From positions 46,500,001-46,564,000 of the forward strand of contig OX597823.1 of the NCBI GenBank assembly GCA_951406725.2: a stretch of 64,000 nucleotides of DNA, written 5' to 3'. The DNA is from Octopus vulgaris (lineage: Eukaryota). Positions 27,105-38,106 of this stretch are shown piece by piece; position 1 is the stretch's first letter; each line of letters starts with the position of its first letter. The notes beneath the pieces are model-generated. The model saw nothing but the letters and a program-made list of their open reading frames with translations. It searched no databases and was not told the origin of the DNA. The translations under genes were made by a program, and so were the position numbers.

Positions 27105-27227
27105 GTACATTATATACATTTGACGGATATTTGTCCTCATATTGTTTGTTGTTTCGGCTGATATACCCTCCAGCCTTCACCTAAGTTCTCATTCCTAAGG
27201 TATTTTTCGATGTTATTATTATTTGCA

Positions 27228-27286
<59 letters not shown>

Positions 27287-27345
27287 CATTATTATTATTC
27301 ACTGCCTGGAATCGAACTCGGAATCTTGGGGTTAGTAGCCCGTGT
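27105..27345 (-). mobile_element. hammerhead-bearing tRNA-SINE (family H), internally deleted copy
   Basis: Minus strand: CGGGCTACTAACCCCAAGATTCCGAGTTCGATTCCAGGCAGTG-(AAT)n-AACATCGAAAAATACCTTAGG...TGAAGGCTGGAGGGTATATCAGCCGAAAC...GAGGACAAATATCCGTCAAATGTA. Stem I and part of the core are deleted. Confidence 0.85.
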
Positions 27346-27689
27346 GGGCAATTATGGAGTGAATTTGTGGGGCCTATAGATACAGAAGTGAACCATTGAC
27401 TGATTTCAAATTTTAGCATAAGGCCAACTGTTTCGGGATAAGGGGCCAGTCGCTTTCATCGACCCCAGTACTCAACTGATACTTATTTTGTCAACCCCGG
27501 AAGGATGAAAGGTAAAGTCAACCTCTGCAGAATTTGAACTCAGAAAGTGAAGACGGACGAAATACCGCTAATCATTTCGCCCAGCGCGCTAACCATACTG
27601 CCAACTTGCTGCAACTACCGTTAACCACAATAACAATAAACTGTCACTACTAATAGCCTAACAATGAAACTACCATGATTTCAGTTCTG

Positions 27690-28165
27690 CCGCCATCGTT
27701 ACTTAATGTTTACTACATTAGCAACACTTCTACTCCTCCCACCCACTAACTTCATATTTGCCATCACCGCCATCACCACGAACACCACCATCATTATCAC
27801 CACCACCACCACCGCCGCCACCACCACCATCATCATTTCCATGACCGTGGCTATCAACAGATCCCGCGATAATCAACCAGCACTAATGCTACCACAATAC
27901 AACAGCCCTACCGTCACCCCTCCTCGCACACTCAGCATCGACGCTACTACCGCATAACAATTATCATCAGCAGTTCTTCTCCCCCTACACAAAATAGCAT
28001 CAACACCACCACATCACAATCATTAGCACTACCACTACACACACACGTCGGCAGGACCATCGCCGCACAGACTTCATCAAAATCGCCGCCACCACTGCAG
28101 AAACCACCGCCGCCACCACCAGCATCACTATCACCATCACAGTACCACTATCACAAAACCATCAT
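27690..28165. repeat. degenerate (CAC/CAT)n low-complexity tract
   Basis: ACC/ATC/GCC triplet-rich sequence giving a Thr/Ile-rich pseudo-ORF. Confidence 0.8.
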
Positions 28166-29003
28166 TTCGTCTTCCAAATTGGTATTTCATTCTTTACAAG
28201 CTGTTGTTTTTATTAAAAAGAAAAGAAAAACTCTCTCTTTTAGAAATAATTAGTTCTATATTTTGCCTCGCTCTGGTATGCTGTCTTTATCGATTATGTC
28301 AGAAATGGATCAATGCTGTTGAAATATATCAAATATTTTACGGCTGATTGCATACATCCGTTAAGGTGAAAAGAAAATCGGACAATTGCCACCTGTCTAT
28401 TGATTAGAGGAAAATTAACGGCTCCTAGTTGAAAAGTTAGTGGACTTGTTATCAAATAAAATGACATTTCTAATAAAGAAAAAAAGACACCATTGAAAGA
28501 AAACTAAGAATAAATACGGCAAATACGACTTTATCAAAATTTTCCTTTTGTATTGAATGTATGTGCGTGTATGTGTACGTGTGAGTGAGTATATAACTGT
28601 GTACATCACACGTATGAATTAAGCTGATAGGCAAATTTATACATACATATATATATATATAATTTTTATAAGCTTCTGTTTCTTTCCTTCTAGTCCCCTA
28701 CCTTTAGATAAATAGATTTATACGTTTATTCCGTGAAAGCATGTCACCCATTGTCTGCTTCAGTGGACAAACTCTTTTGTACCTTTCCGTTTCTTTGCCC
28801 TCTGCCCTTTCAGTCGTTCTGTACGATAATACTGGAATTCTACATTTGGGGTCCTAAACGAAGAAGTAGATAATATCATGTTTCGGTATAACAGAGGTTA
28901 CAGCGCATAGTGTATACAAGCCAATGATCGATGTGCCTGGCTGGAAACAGTATTGTCATCATTTAATCATATAAGACTAACAAGACGCGCGTAATGTGAT
29001 TCT

Positions 29004-29600
29004 TATTTCTTATTTCTTTATTGCCCACAAGGGGCTAAACACAGAGGTGACAAACAAGGACATTAAGTTGATTACATCGACCCCAGTGCGTAACTGGTAC
29101 TTAATTTATCGACCCCGAAAGGATGAAAGGCAAAGTCGACCTCGGCGAGATTTCAACTCAGAACGTAGCGACGAGCGAAATACCTATTTATTTACTACCC
29201 ACAAGGGGCTAAACACAGAGAGGACAAACAAGGACAGAAAAACGGATTAAGTCGATTATGTCAACCCCAGTGCGTAACTGGTACTTAATTTATCGACCCC
29301 GAAAGGATGAAAGGCAAAATCAACCTCGGCGGAATTTGAAATCAGAATGTAGCGGCAGACGAAATACTTATTTCTTTATTACTCACAAGGGGCTAAATAT
29401 AGAGGGGACAAACAAGGACAGACATAGGTATTAAGTCGATTACATCGTCCCCAGTGCGTAACTGGTATTTAATTTATCGACCCCGAAAGGATGAAAGGCA
29501 AAGTCTACCTCGGCGGAATTTGAACTCAGAACGTAACGGCAGACGAAATACCGCTAAGCATTTCGCCCGGCGAGCTAACGTTTCTGCCAGCTCGCCGCCT
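29004..29600 (-). mobile_element. SINE family A trimer with one shared TSD
   Basis: TAATGTGATTCT at 28992-29003 and 29601-29612 encloses all three units. Confidence 0.93.
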
Positions 29601-30041
29601 TAATGTGATTCTGGATGCTCGTGGAATAGGAAACAGGACCACTACGGCTGGAACACTTTCTTCCTAATTGAACTCATTTGCAGCTGACTTGGTACTAAAC
29701 AATTACAACAACAAAAGATTGTTTAAAACAACTTGTTGTTTGTCGTTGTTGGTATATTTGTAATACTTGCCGTGGCAGACACACTTTTTTATTTCGGATC
29801 GTTTCGCTTCTGTACCAACATCAGTTCTACCAAAATAGCTGATAGTACAACCCCAGTAAACCTACCTTCAATATTAATCATTGACAAGACACTGAAAATT
29901 GATTGATCGCTCACACACGTTGTATTCATGGACAAAAATGTAGCACTTCACTAAATGCGAAGTTATCTGTGTGTATCGCCATGGTATGCAGCTTCATCTC
30001 AAACCGTACGCTGCTAAATGCAAAACTTCTACTACTAAACT

Positions 30042-30429
30042 GTGGAGGCGCAATGGCCCAGTGGTTAGGGCAGCGAACTCGCGGCCATAGGATCGTGGTT
30101 TCGATTCCCAGACCGGGCGTTGTGAGTGTTTATTGAGCAAAAACACCTAAAAGTTCCACGAGCTCTGGCAGGGGATGGCGGTGATCCCTGCTGTACTCTT
30201 TCACCACAACTTTCTCTCACTCTTACTTCCTGTTTCTGTTGTATCTGTATTTCAAAGGGCCGGCCTTGTCACACTCTGTGTCACGCTGAATATCCCCGAG
30301 AACTACGTTAAGGGTACACGTGTCTGTGGAGTGCTCAGCCACTTACACGTTAATTTCACGAGCAGGCTATTCCGTTGATTAGGATCAACCGGAACCCTCG
30401 TCGTCGTAACCGACGGAGTGCTTCCATCC
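30042..30429 (+). mobile_element. SINE family B full length
   Basis: tRNA-like head with A and B boxes. TSD ACTACTAAACT at 30031-30041 and 30430-30440. Near-identical to 48597-49003. Confidence 0.92.
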
Positions 30430-30717
30430 ACTACTAAACTCTATATTATAGGCAGACAGGGATGTGTAGCATTTCCATAAGCAAAGACTTGCTGATCATT
30501 GCGTTGTTACCCTAAAGAGAAGTTTACAAATTGCAGCAATCTCACTCACACATTTTTCTAATGAAATATTTGTGGATACGAGAAAAGAAAACGTCTAGCG
30601 TATAAGGATGTAGGCCAAGACAAATTTTTGAACATAGCAGCACAAGTACTACCCTTGCATTAACGAGTATGAAAGGCAAAACTTCATGTGATTGAGAGGA
30701 GTCTATTTGTTACTCAT

Positions 30718-30930
30718 TACTCTTTACTCTTTTTCATGTTTCAGTCATTTGACTGTGGCCATGCTGGAGCACCGCCTTTAGTCGAGCAAATCGATCCCAG
30801 GACTTATTCTTTGTAAGCCTAGTACTTATTCTATCGATCACTTTTGCCGAGCCGCTAAGTTACGGGGACGTAAACACACCATCATCGGTTGTCAAGCGAT
30901 GTTGGAGGAACAAACACAGACACACAAACG

Positions 30931-30974
<44 letters not shown>

Positions 30975-31095
30975 TACGAAGGGCTTCTTTCAGTTTCCGT
31001 CTACCAAATCCACTCACAAGGCTTTGGTCGGCCCGAGACTATAGTAGAAGAAGGTGCCACGCAGTGGGACTGAACCCACACAGCTACTCCTACGC
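30718..31095 (-). mobile_element. SINE family C with internal (TA)/(CA) microsatellite
   Basis: Reverse complement of the family C head and tail seen at 16727-17060. Confidence 0.85.
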
Positions 31096-31264
31096 CAATC
31101 CTTACAAAATCTCCGTCTACTCTTTCCACTCTCTCTCTCCCCATTCTTACTCTCTCTTCTCTCCTCCACTTCCTCCTCTCCTCCTCCCCTTCTCTCTCCG
31201 TATGTATGTGCGCTGCAGGATCTGGCACTCCCTCGGTTACAACGACAAGGGCGCCAGTTGAACC

Positions 31265-31494
31265 TATTTCTTTATTACCCACGAGGGATAAACACAGAGG
31301 GGACAAACAAGGACAGACATAGGTATTAAGTCGATTACATCGACCCCAGTGCGTGACTGGTACTTAATTTATCGACCCCGAAAGGATGAAAGGCAAAGTC
31401 GACCTCGGCGGAATTTGAACTCACAACGTAACGCAGACGAAATACCGCTAAGCATTTCGCCCGGCGCGCTAACGTTTCTGCCAGCTCGCCGCCA
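31265..31494 (-). mobile_element. SINE family A monomer
   Basis: Full head and tail, flanked by an AGTTGAACC duplication. Confidence 0.9.
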
Positions 31495-31496
31495 AG

Positions 31497-31780
31497 TTGA
31501 ACCGATCAAAGAAACAGCCTGCTCGTGAAATTAACGTGCAAGTGGCTCAGCACTCTACAGACATACGTACCCTTATCGTTGTTTTAAGGGAGATTCAGCG
31601 TAACACTGAATGGGGCAAGGCTGGCCCTTTGAAATACTGGTACAAATCATTTTTGCCAACTGAGTGGACTGGAGCAACATGAAATAAAGGACTCAACGCG
31701 CTCAAGAGCACAATGTGCCGCCGGAATTGAACTCATGACCATGAGCCGAATACCCTTAACCACTAAGCCACGCGCCTTCA
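31497..31780 (-). mobile_element. SINE with CORE-like head and family-B tail
   Basis: Minus strand GGCGCGTGGCTTAGTGGTTAAGG..GAGTTCAATTCC..CTTGAGC..TTTATTTCATGTTGCTCCAGTCCACTCAG, then the TATTTCAAAGGGCCAGCCTTG tail shared with family B. Same type as 42930-43235. Confidence 0.8.
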
Positions 31781-31802
31781 AATACATACATACATACATA
31801 CA

Positions 31803-31836
<34 letters not shown>

Positions 31837-32080
31837 CATACATACATGCATGCATGCATACATACATGCATACATACATACATACATGCATGCATACATA
31901 CATGCATACATGCATGCATGCATGCATACATGCATGCATACATACATACATACATACATACATGCATACATGCATACATGCATACATACATACATACATA
32001 CATGCATGCATGCATGCATACATACATACATACATACATACATACATACATACATACATACATACATACATACATACATG
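31781..32080. repeat. (CATA)n/(CATG)n microsatellite
   Basis: Direct reading. Other long simple repeats include 21609-21812 (CT), 41395-41527 (GT), 41700-42170 (TA/TG), 49310-49810 (ATCT/ATGT), 55205-55680 (TAGA/TAGG) and 59750-60107 (TA). Confidence 0.97.
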
Positions 32081-32264
32081 CGTACTTAGTACAATTATAT
32101 AAATCTTGCCAATCCCATGTTACAATGTTACAATTAGTTCCAAAGACACTCACTGTGTCTGAATACCTAATATTGGACATCTCTTAATACTCACTCCCAG
32201 TTTTTCTTAATAAGCAGAATTATTTGGAGCAAGAAGTGAATCCCACTTACGTAAGTTATTCTCG

Positions 32265-32482
32265 GAGTATAAATTCTGTCGATGAGGTCAGAAAAGTACT
32301 TGAGAGGTATTTTTCGTCCCGAAAAAGTAAATTTTGGAAGATGGGGTTTGCAAGTCTACCAGAGACATGGAAGAGCATTGTAGAAAATGAACGAGAGTAT
32401 ATATTAGATTAAAGAAGAACTTTTTAATTTTGAAAAATGAATGAAGTATGAAAGAAAAAAACATTTTTGTATGACAATATAT
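32265..32482 (+). pseudogene. mariner transposase C-terminal remnant with decayed right TIR
   Basis: NSVDEVRKVLERYFSSRKSKFWKMGFASLPETWKSIVENEREYILD*. Same family as 63553-64000. Confidence 0.8.
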
Positions 32483-34111
32483 ATTTAGCAATTATTAGCA
32501 GTATCGATAATGCCACAGAAAGTGTCCTCATTTAATTCATGACCATTTAATGCGTATGACATAAAATCTTGTACAGATACTCGAAATTACTCAAAGCGAA
32601 ATCACAATTACAAATCATGAGTATTACATTAATCTGGAACAATCCCCAATAATTTGTTTTATATAATCAGAAGATTCATCAAATTTGTTTAACTTTCCTT
32701 TCTCGAATATCCATATCGAGTTATTTCCATAAGTTTTCTATCAGCTTTAACGGTGAGATTTCTTTTGCTTTCCGTAGCACTTAGATTTACCTGCTTTGGA
32801 TAATCTTCTACTATTAATCATAGGTATGTTTCAAATGATTGTCGTACTTACAAATCTCCAACAAAGTTCAAAGAACTCTTCGTATACAGAAGAATTATTC
32901 CTGCCAAGATCTTCAGATAAGCTCTATATTTAATAATGCATGAGACCAACTCCCTTTTCCAGACATAAAGGTCCAAACCATGAAATTATGACTATCATGA
33001 TTAACTGTTTGATTAGTTCTGGAGAAACTTATTCAATTTCGGCTCATTCCACCACAATGTTTCTTTTCACTAATGCGACGACTACTGATATTATTTTTGC
33101 AAGTGAACTTAATACAAAAAGTTGTTAGATAGAGAACTGTACAATTATTAAACACAAAAAAAAAACACCCCCAAACTGACTTTGCTAATTTTTGATATCG
33201 ATATCAACTTGTATGTGCTATGAGCGACTATCACTATTTTGTTTTTCGTCAACAAATTTTGAATATACCGATCCGTCATTCTGTGGCTCTTAGCTTGAAT
33301 GTAAGTGAGCAGAAATGGTAACAGTTTTAATGAAGATATCTCCAGGGAGGAAAGTAGAGATTACTGTGCAACCAACACCAGCTGCAATGACTCAGCTCAT
33401 CCATTTATAAAGAGTGTCAGATCTTGCTCGCTACTTCAAACGTGAACATTTTCATTAACCCATCAAGACACATCCTAGAACTATAACCAAATAATTATTT
33501 GCAGTTGGTCTTATGTAAAATATTACGCTAAATATGAATGTTTTGTTTTTACTAATATAAACCCAAATTGACGTTAATTTTTATTGCAATATTAATGATA
33601 TCAATAATTGCATAATGCATATCGAAATTATTGAGTACAAACTTACATAAGGTGAAAGAGAGAAAAATCTTTCTCTTCATCTTCATATATCTGGTATGAA
33701 ACTCGAATAAATAAAAGGAAATGTTATGAGTACACACTTGTTTCAAATTATGTACATTTGTGTGTACAAATACACACACATACACACACACACATGTATA
33801 TTTGTACGTATGTAGTATGTATAAATATATATATTTATATACATACATAAAGTATACACACACATCACACACACACGCAAACGCACACACTCACACACTC
33901 ACACACATACACACGGTACTACAATTGCAAGTCGTAGTTCGAACAAAGAGTGCAAAACTGGTTGTAGTAGAATAAATATTACACATTGTTGAAGTTGGTG
34001 TTTTGTTGTTGCGTCTTGGGCTGCTCTTTATTTAATATGAAAGTTTAGGTTGTTCTCTGATCAACTTCTTGTTCTATGCTCACTGAAGTTTGTTTGGCTA
34101 TACTGGAGCTT

Positions 34112-34149
<38 letters not shown>

Positions 34150-34699
34150 CCTCTCTCTCTCTCAATCGCTCTCTTTTTCCTTCTCTTTTTCTGTCTTTAC
34201 ATACACCTACTCGTTTCTATGGCTCTACGCATATACGTATGTATACGGGTGTGCGTGATGTACATATATGTGTGTATGTGTATGTGTTTGAAATGAGATT
34301 TTACAACTCGTTTTCTCGAAATCACAATAACTTTGCAAACCTTTGTTAAAGAGTAAAGATTGACAGAGTCTTATCTTCTAATGTTCTTAGTCTTTTGAAT
34401 TGCTGTGTTGGCTGGATAACTTGTACTCATATGTCTTACAGAATTCTCAGCTCTTGGCCAAATCCAGGTACTTTTCAATGTATTCTCTTTCTACAGCTAT
34501 TATAAAGCAGGATAATAAAATCAATGAATTCACATACTTTTCGTTTATTGTGACCATGTCTGACCTCTGTGTATCTATTACATTATCGGTTTGCACAGTC
34601 ATTTTTGAGAACTCGAGCAAGCCATAGCACTATTAGTTAAAATCTTAATCTCCTACTAACCTCAAAATGTATGTTCCTTCTATCTTCTTATATTTTCTT

Positions 34700-34977
34700 T
34701 TAACACTATATTGCTCCTTTAAAACATTATATAGACGAAAATATCACCACATCTTCCTGGTTGTTGTTGATTTTTGTTTATAACAAGGTTGGTCCCTTCG
34801 ATTGTTTGTGCACAGCCACGATGAGGGTTTATATATATTTTTCTTTTCTCTTTAATCTTTCATCTATTAGCCAAGTTCATTATTCCTTTCCGGTTATATC
34901 TTCTAATTTCTGGAAACCGTGCCAATGTATTACTTCTTCATTCCAATTTTCCATCCTCTACTCTTTCATTTTCCTGC

Positions 34978-35011
<34 letters not shown>

Positions 35012-35450
35012 TCATTGATCTTGTGGTTACACGTATAAGTTTCTTTTCGCTTTTCTTCACACACCTTTAGTTCTATGATTGCTAAGTGTACTGTGTCTAT
35101 TATTTAGAGTAGTCCTTTGATTCTTTCTTGGTTAATACCAGCTACTTACAATGTTGCATGGATATAACTCACATTTTTCGTTTTCTGAAGGAAAGCAGTA
35201 TACTCTACTGTCCATCTCTATATTGATATTCCTTACATTTACTACGTTTTCTCAGATCTTCCTTGCTAAATTCTTACATTTCGTCTCCAGCTTATACTTT
35301 ATTTCCTTTTCGGATATATGTCAACCGTTCGTTCTTCTTCAAAGTTACATAACACTGTATTAACCGGAGAAAATTTCCTTCAAACAGTATCGCTTTTTTC
35401 TAAAACAAGTCTTTGAAATGAGTTGATATTGCCTTATAGTCAAATACGTT
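34700..35450 (-). pseudogene. highly degraded R4/Dong-type LINE fragment
   Basis: Minus-strand remnants resembling W.EK..HG.F, WL....LKRKE and Q..RTN of the post-RT region. Confidence 0.4.
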
Positions 35451-35579
35451 TGCTGAGAATATCCCCAAAATTTACTCTCTGTGTACTGTTCTATATTTAA
35501 GAGATGAGGAATTATGTACATTTTTTACATTTTTTACATTATTTACATTTGATGGATAGTTGTCCTCATCTTTGTTGAT

Positions 35580-35625
35580 AACACAACGTTTCGGCTGGTA
35601 TACCCTCCAGTCTTCATCAGGTGTC
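35580..35625 (-). ncRNA. minimal type I hammerhead ribozyme motif, intact core
   Basis: GACAC-CUGAUGA-A-GACUGG(AGGGUAUA)CCAGCC-GAAAC-GUU^GUGUU. One mismatch in stem II; palindromic ACGU stem III. Confidence 0.8.
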
Positions 35626-35744
35626 TTGGGGAAATTTCGAACCTGGGTTCTCATTCCTAAAGTATTTTTCGATGTTGTTGTTGTTGTTGTTGTTTTTATT
35701 ATTATTATTGTTATTATTATTGTTATTATTATTATTATCATCAC

Positions 35745-35780
<36 letters not shown>

Positions 35781-35785
35781 AATCA

Positions 35786-35846
<61 letters not shown>

Positions 35847-35847
35847 T

Positions 35848-36387
35848 GAGTGAGAGAGCAGTGCATGCCATCAAAGTGACACTGGGGTAAAATATACGAA
35901 GCCCAGTATACCCACCATGACTAGCCGTCTGATAAAGGTACACCAGGCACATGCATCATAACCAAATGTGTGTGACATGGTGATCTCATATCAAGATAAA
36001 CAGCGTGTGACCTTGCAGGTGGGGCCCAATTAGAATTTTCTTCTGGTCGAATAGCCCATCCCACTCAAAAGGTCCCTGAATAAGGATTGTTTAAGGATAT
36101 TTCCAAAGGTGAATTATCCAGACCTCCAAGAATTCCTTTCCACACACGGCTATGATGCTCCTCCACTACTTCTGCTCGTGGTCAGAGATGCATATATCGT
36201 CAGCCACTAAGGGACATGCTCAACTGGTTATAGTCAAACAATTGACAAGCAAATCTGTGGTATTGAGCAGAATATTTGCTGTAGCTCATCTTTTATACCA
36301 AGACAAAGCAATGTACATGATAACACTTCCAATCAGTTAAGATCAGGAGACATGAGAGCCACTGTCTGGTACTGCATCAGGGCATTT
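35848..36387. mobile_element. unclassified ~540-bp repeat inserted in (TAA)n, copy 1
   Basis: Aligns end to end with 37540-38084. Both have termini GAGTGAGAGAGCAGTG...GCATCAGGGCATTT and (TTA)n flanks. No TIR, no credible ORF and no A/B box seen. Confidence 0.85.
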
Positions 36388-36505
36388 ATTATTATTGTTG
36401 TTGTTGTTGTTGTGGTTGTGGTTGTGGTTGTTGTTGCTGTTGTTGTTGTTGCTGTTGCTGTTGCGGGTTTGTACCCCGCGTTCTTAAACATTATGCCATA
36501 TGCCC

Positions 36506-36740
36506 ATAGTGGTTAAGAGCGCGAACTACTAACCCCAAGATTCCCAGTTCTTTCAGGCAGGGACGTGAATAATAATAACAACAGCAACATCGAAAAATAC
36601 TTTAGAGGTGAGAACCCAGGTTCAAAATTTCCCCAAGACACCTGATGAAGGCTGGAGGGTATATCAGCCGAGACGTTGTGTTAACAACAAACAAGATGAG
36701 GACAAATATCTGTTAAATGTAAATAATGTAAATAATTACT
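36506..36740 (+). mobile_element. hammerhead-bearing tRNA-SINE (family H), near full length
   Basis: Head ATAGTGGTTAAGAGCGCGAACTACTAACCCCAAGATTCCCAGTTC, then (AAT)n, then a tail with the HHR at 36637-36682 (GACAC-CUGAUGA-A-GGCUG/CAGCC-GAGAC-GUU-GUGUU; A14G). Ends in AATGTAAAT repeats. Confidence 0.88.
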
Positions 36741-36861
36741 TTCTATGTATTTAAAATAATTATGCAGAGCTCAAAATGTTTAGCGCTAATTTGTAATACA
36801 TTTTTGTATGGCTGTATCATTCGGGCATCAAATAAATGCAGATTAATCATCATCATCATCA

Positions 36862-37031
36862 TCATCATTATTATTATTATTCTATGTTTGACTTTTGCTT
36901 TATGTCTGTACAAGTTGGCTCCAAGTCTCACCCAGAGACCTCAAGAGACAACGGGTTGGAAGTTCTGTGCCATATATTTGGGGTTTTTTTTTTTGTTTTT
37001 TTTGGTGTTGTACTAGTGAATGTCTAATACA

Positions 37032-37068
<37 letters not shown>

Positions 37069-37178
37069 AAAAAGTTTGTTTTAAACCTTGGGATTACATA
37101 GAGAGTATTTTGCGTAGGATATGTGCAGTTCCCATGAGCACTGTAGGACTTATTTTCGTTTTTAGGCTCCACATTTGA

Positions 37179-37183
<5 letters not shown>
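36862..37183 (-). mobile_element. 5'-truncated R4/Dong-type LINE end, in (TAA)n
   Basis: ITQMWSLKTKISPTVLMGTAHILRKILSM* followed by a 3' UTR and (AAT)n. Confidence 0.75.
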
Positions 37184-37249
<66 letters not shown>

Positions 37250-37250
<1 letters not shown>

Positions 37251-37500
37251 GTCACGAACTTTCACTGCACTACCGACTCCAGCTTTATGTGCCTTGCGTA
37301 GGTGTTGTGATTTATTGTAGTGCTCTTATTTTCACTGTATTGAAAGTGCTTTACGTAGGATGTGCGCGGTGCCTAGTAGGACTATTTTCCGTATGTTATA
37401 TACATTTATAAGTCCTGGCATTTTGTCGGAAGGTTTTTTTAACATATCAAATGCACCTACTACTGTAGGACTTGTTTCCGTTTTTAGGCCCCACATTTGA

Positions 37501-37503
<3 letters not shown>
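37250..37503 (-). mobile_element. 5'-truncated R4/Dong-type LINE end, in (TAA)n
   Basis: ITQMWGLKTETSPTVVGAFDMLKK...IRKIVLLGTAHILRKALSIQ*, the C-terminus of the restriction-like endonuclease. Confidence 0.85.
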
Positions 37504-37539
<36 letters not shown>

Positions 37540-38084
37540 GAGTGAGAGAGCAGTGACACTGGGGTAAAATATACGAAGCCCAGTATACCCATCATGACTA
37601 CGCGTCTGATAAGGGTACACTAGGCACATGCATCACAACCACATGTGCGCGACATGGTGATCTCATATCAAGATAAACAGCACATGACCTTGCAGGTGGG
37701 GGCCCAGTTAGAATTTTCTTCAGGTCGAGTAACCCATCCCACTCAAAAACGTCACTGAATAAGGGTTGTTTAAGGATGTTGAAAAAACCACCCATGTTTC
37801 CAGAGGTGAATTATTCAAACCCCAAAGAATCCCTCTCAACACATGGCTATGATGCTCCCCCACTACTTCTGCTCGTGATCAGAGATGCACATATCGTCAG
37901 CCACTAAGGGACTTGCTCGACTGGTTAAGGTCAAACAACTGACAAACAAATCTGTGGTATTGAGCAGAATATTTGCTGTAGCCCATCTTTTATACCAAGA
38001 CAAAACAATGTACATGATACCACTTCCAATCAGTTAAGATCAGAAGCCATGAGAGCCACTGCCTGGTACTGCATCAGGGCATTT
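37540..38084. mobile_element. unclassified ~540-bp repeat inserted in (TAA)n, copy 2
   Basis: Same termini and (TTA)n flanks as 35848-36387. Confidence 0.85.
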
Positions 38085-38106
38085 ATTATTATTATTATTA
38101 TTATTA

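Larger units (their letters stand above)
35484..36505 (-). mobile_element. hammerhead-bearing tRNA-SINE (family H), interrupted in its microsatellite linker
   Basis: Partial minus-strand head at 36465-36505 (GGGCATATGGCATAATGTTTAAGAACGCGGGGTACAAACCC). The (AAC/AAT/GAT)n linker holds the insert at 35848-36387. Tail at 35484-35675. Confidence 0.8.

Noticed and set aside
27706-27957. Thr/Ile-rich ORF resembling a mucin or signal peptide
   Set aside because: It comes from degenerate (ACC/ATC)n low-complexity DNA.
3440-29250. Recurrent peptide MRNWYLFNRPRKDERQSRPRRNLNSER in several ORFs
   Set aside because: It is the antisense translation of SINE family A; recurrence reflects the repeat, not a protein family.
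32560-33130. Possible degraded transposase on the minus strand
   Set aside because: Too decayed for me to assign any motif with confidence.
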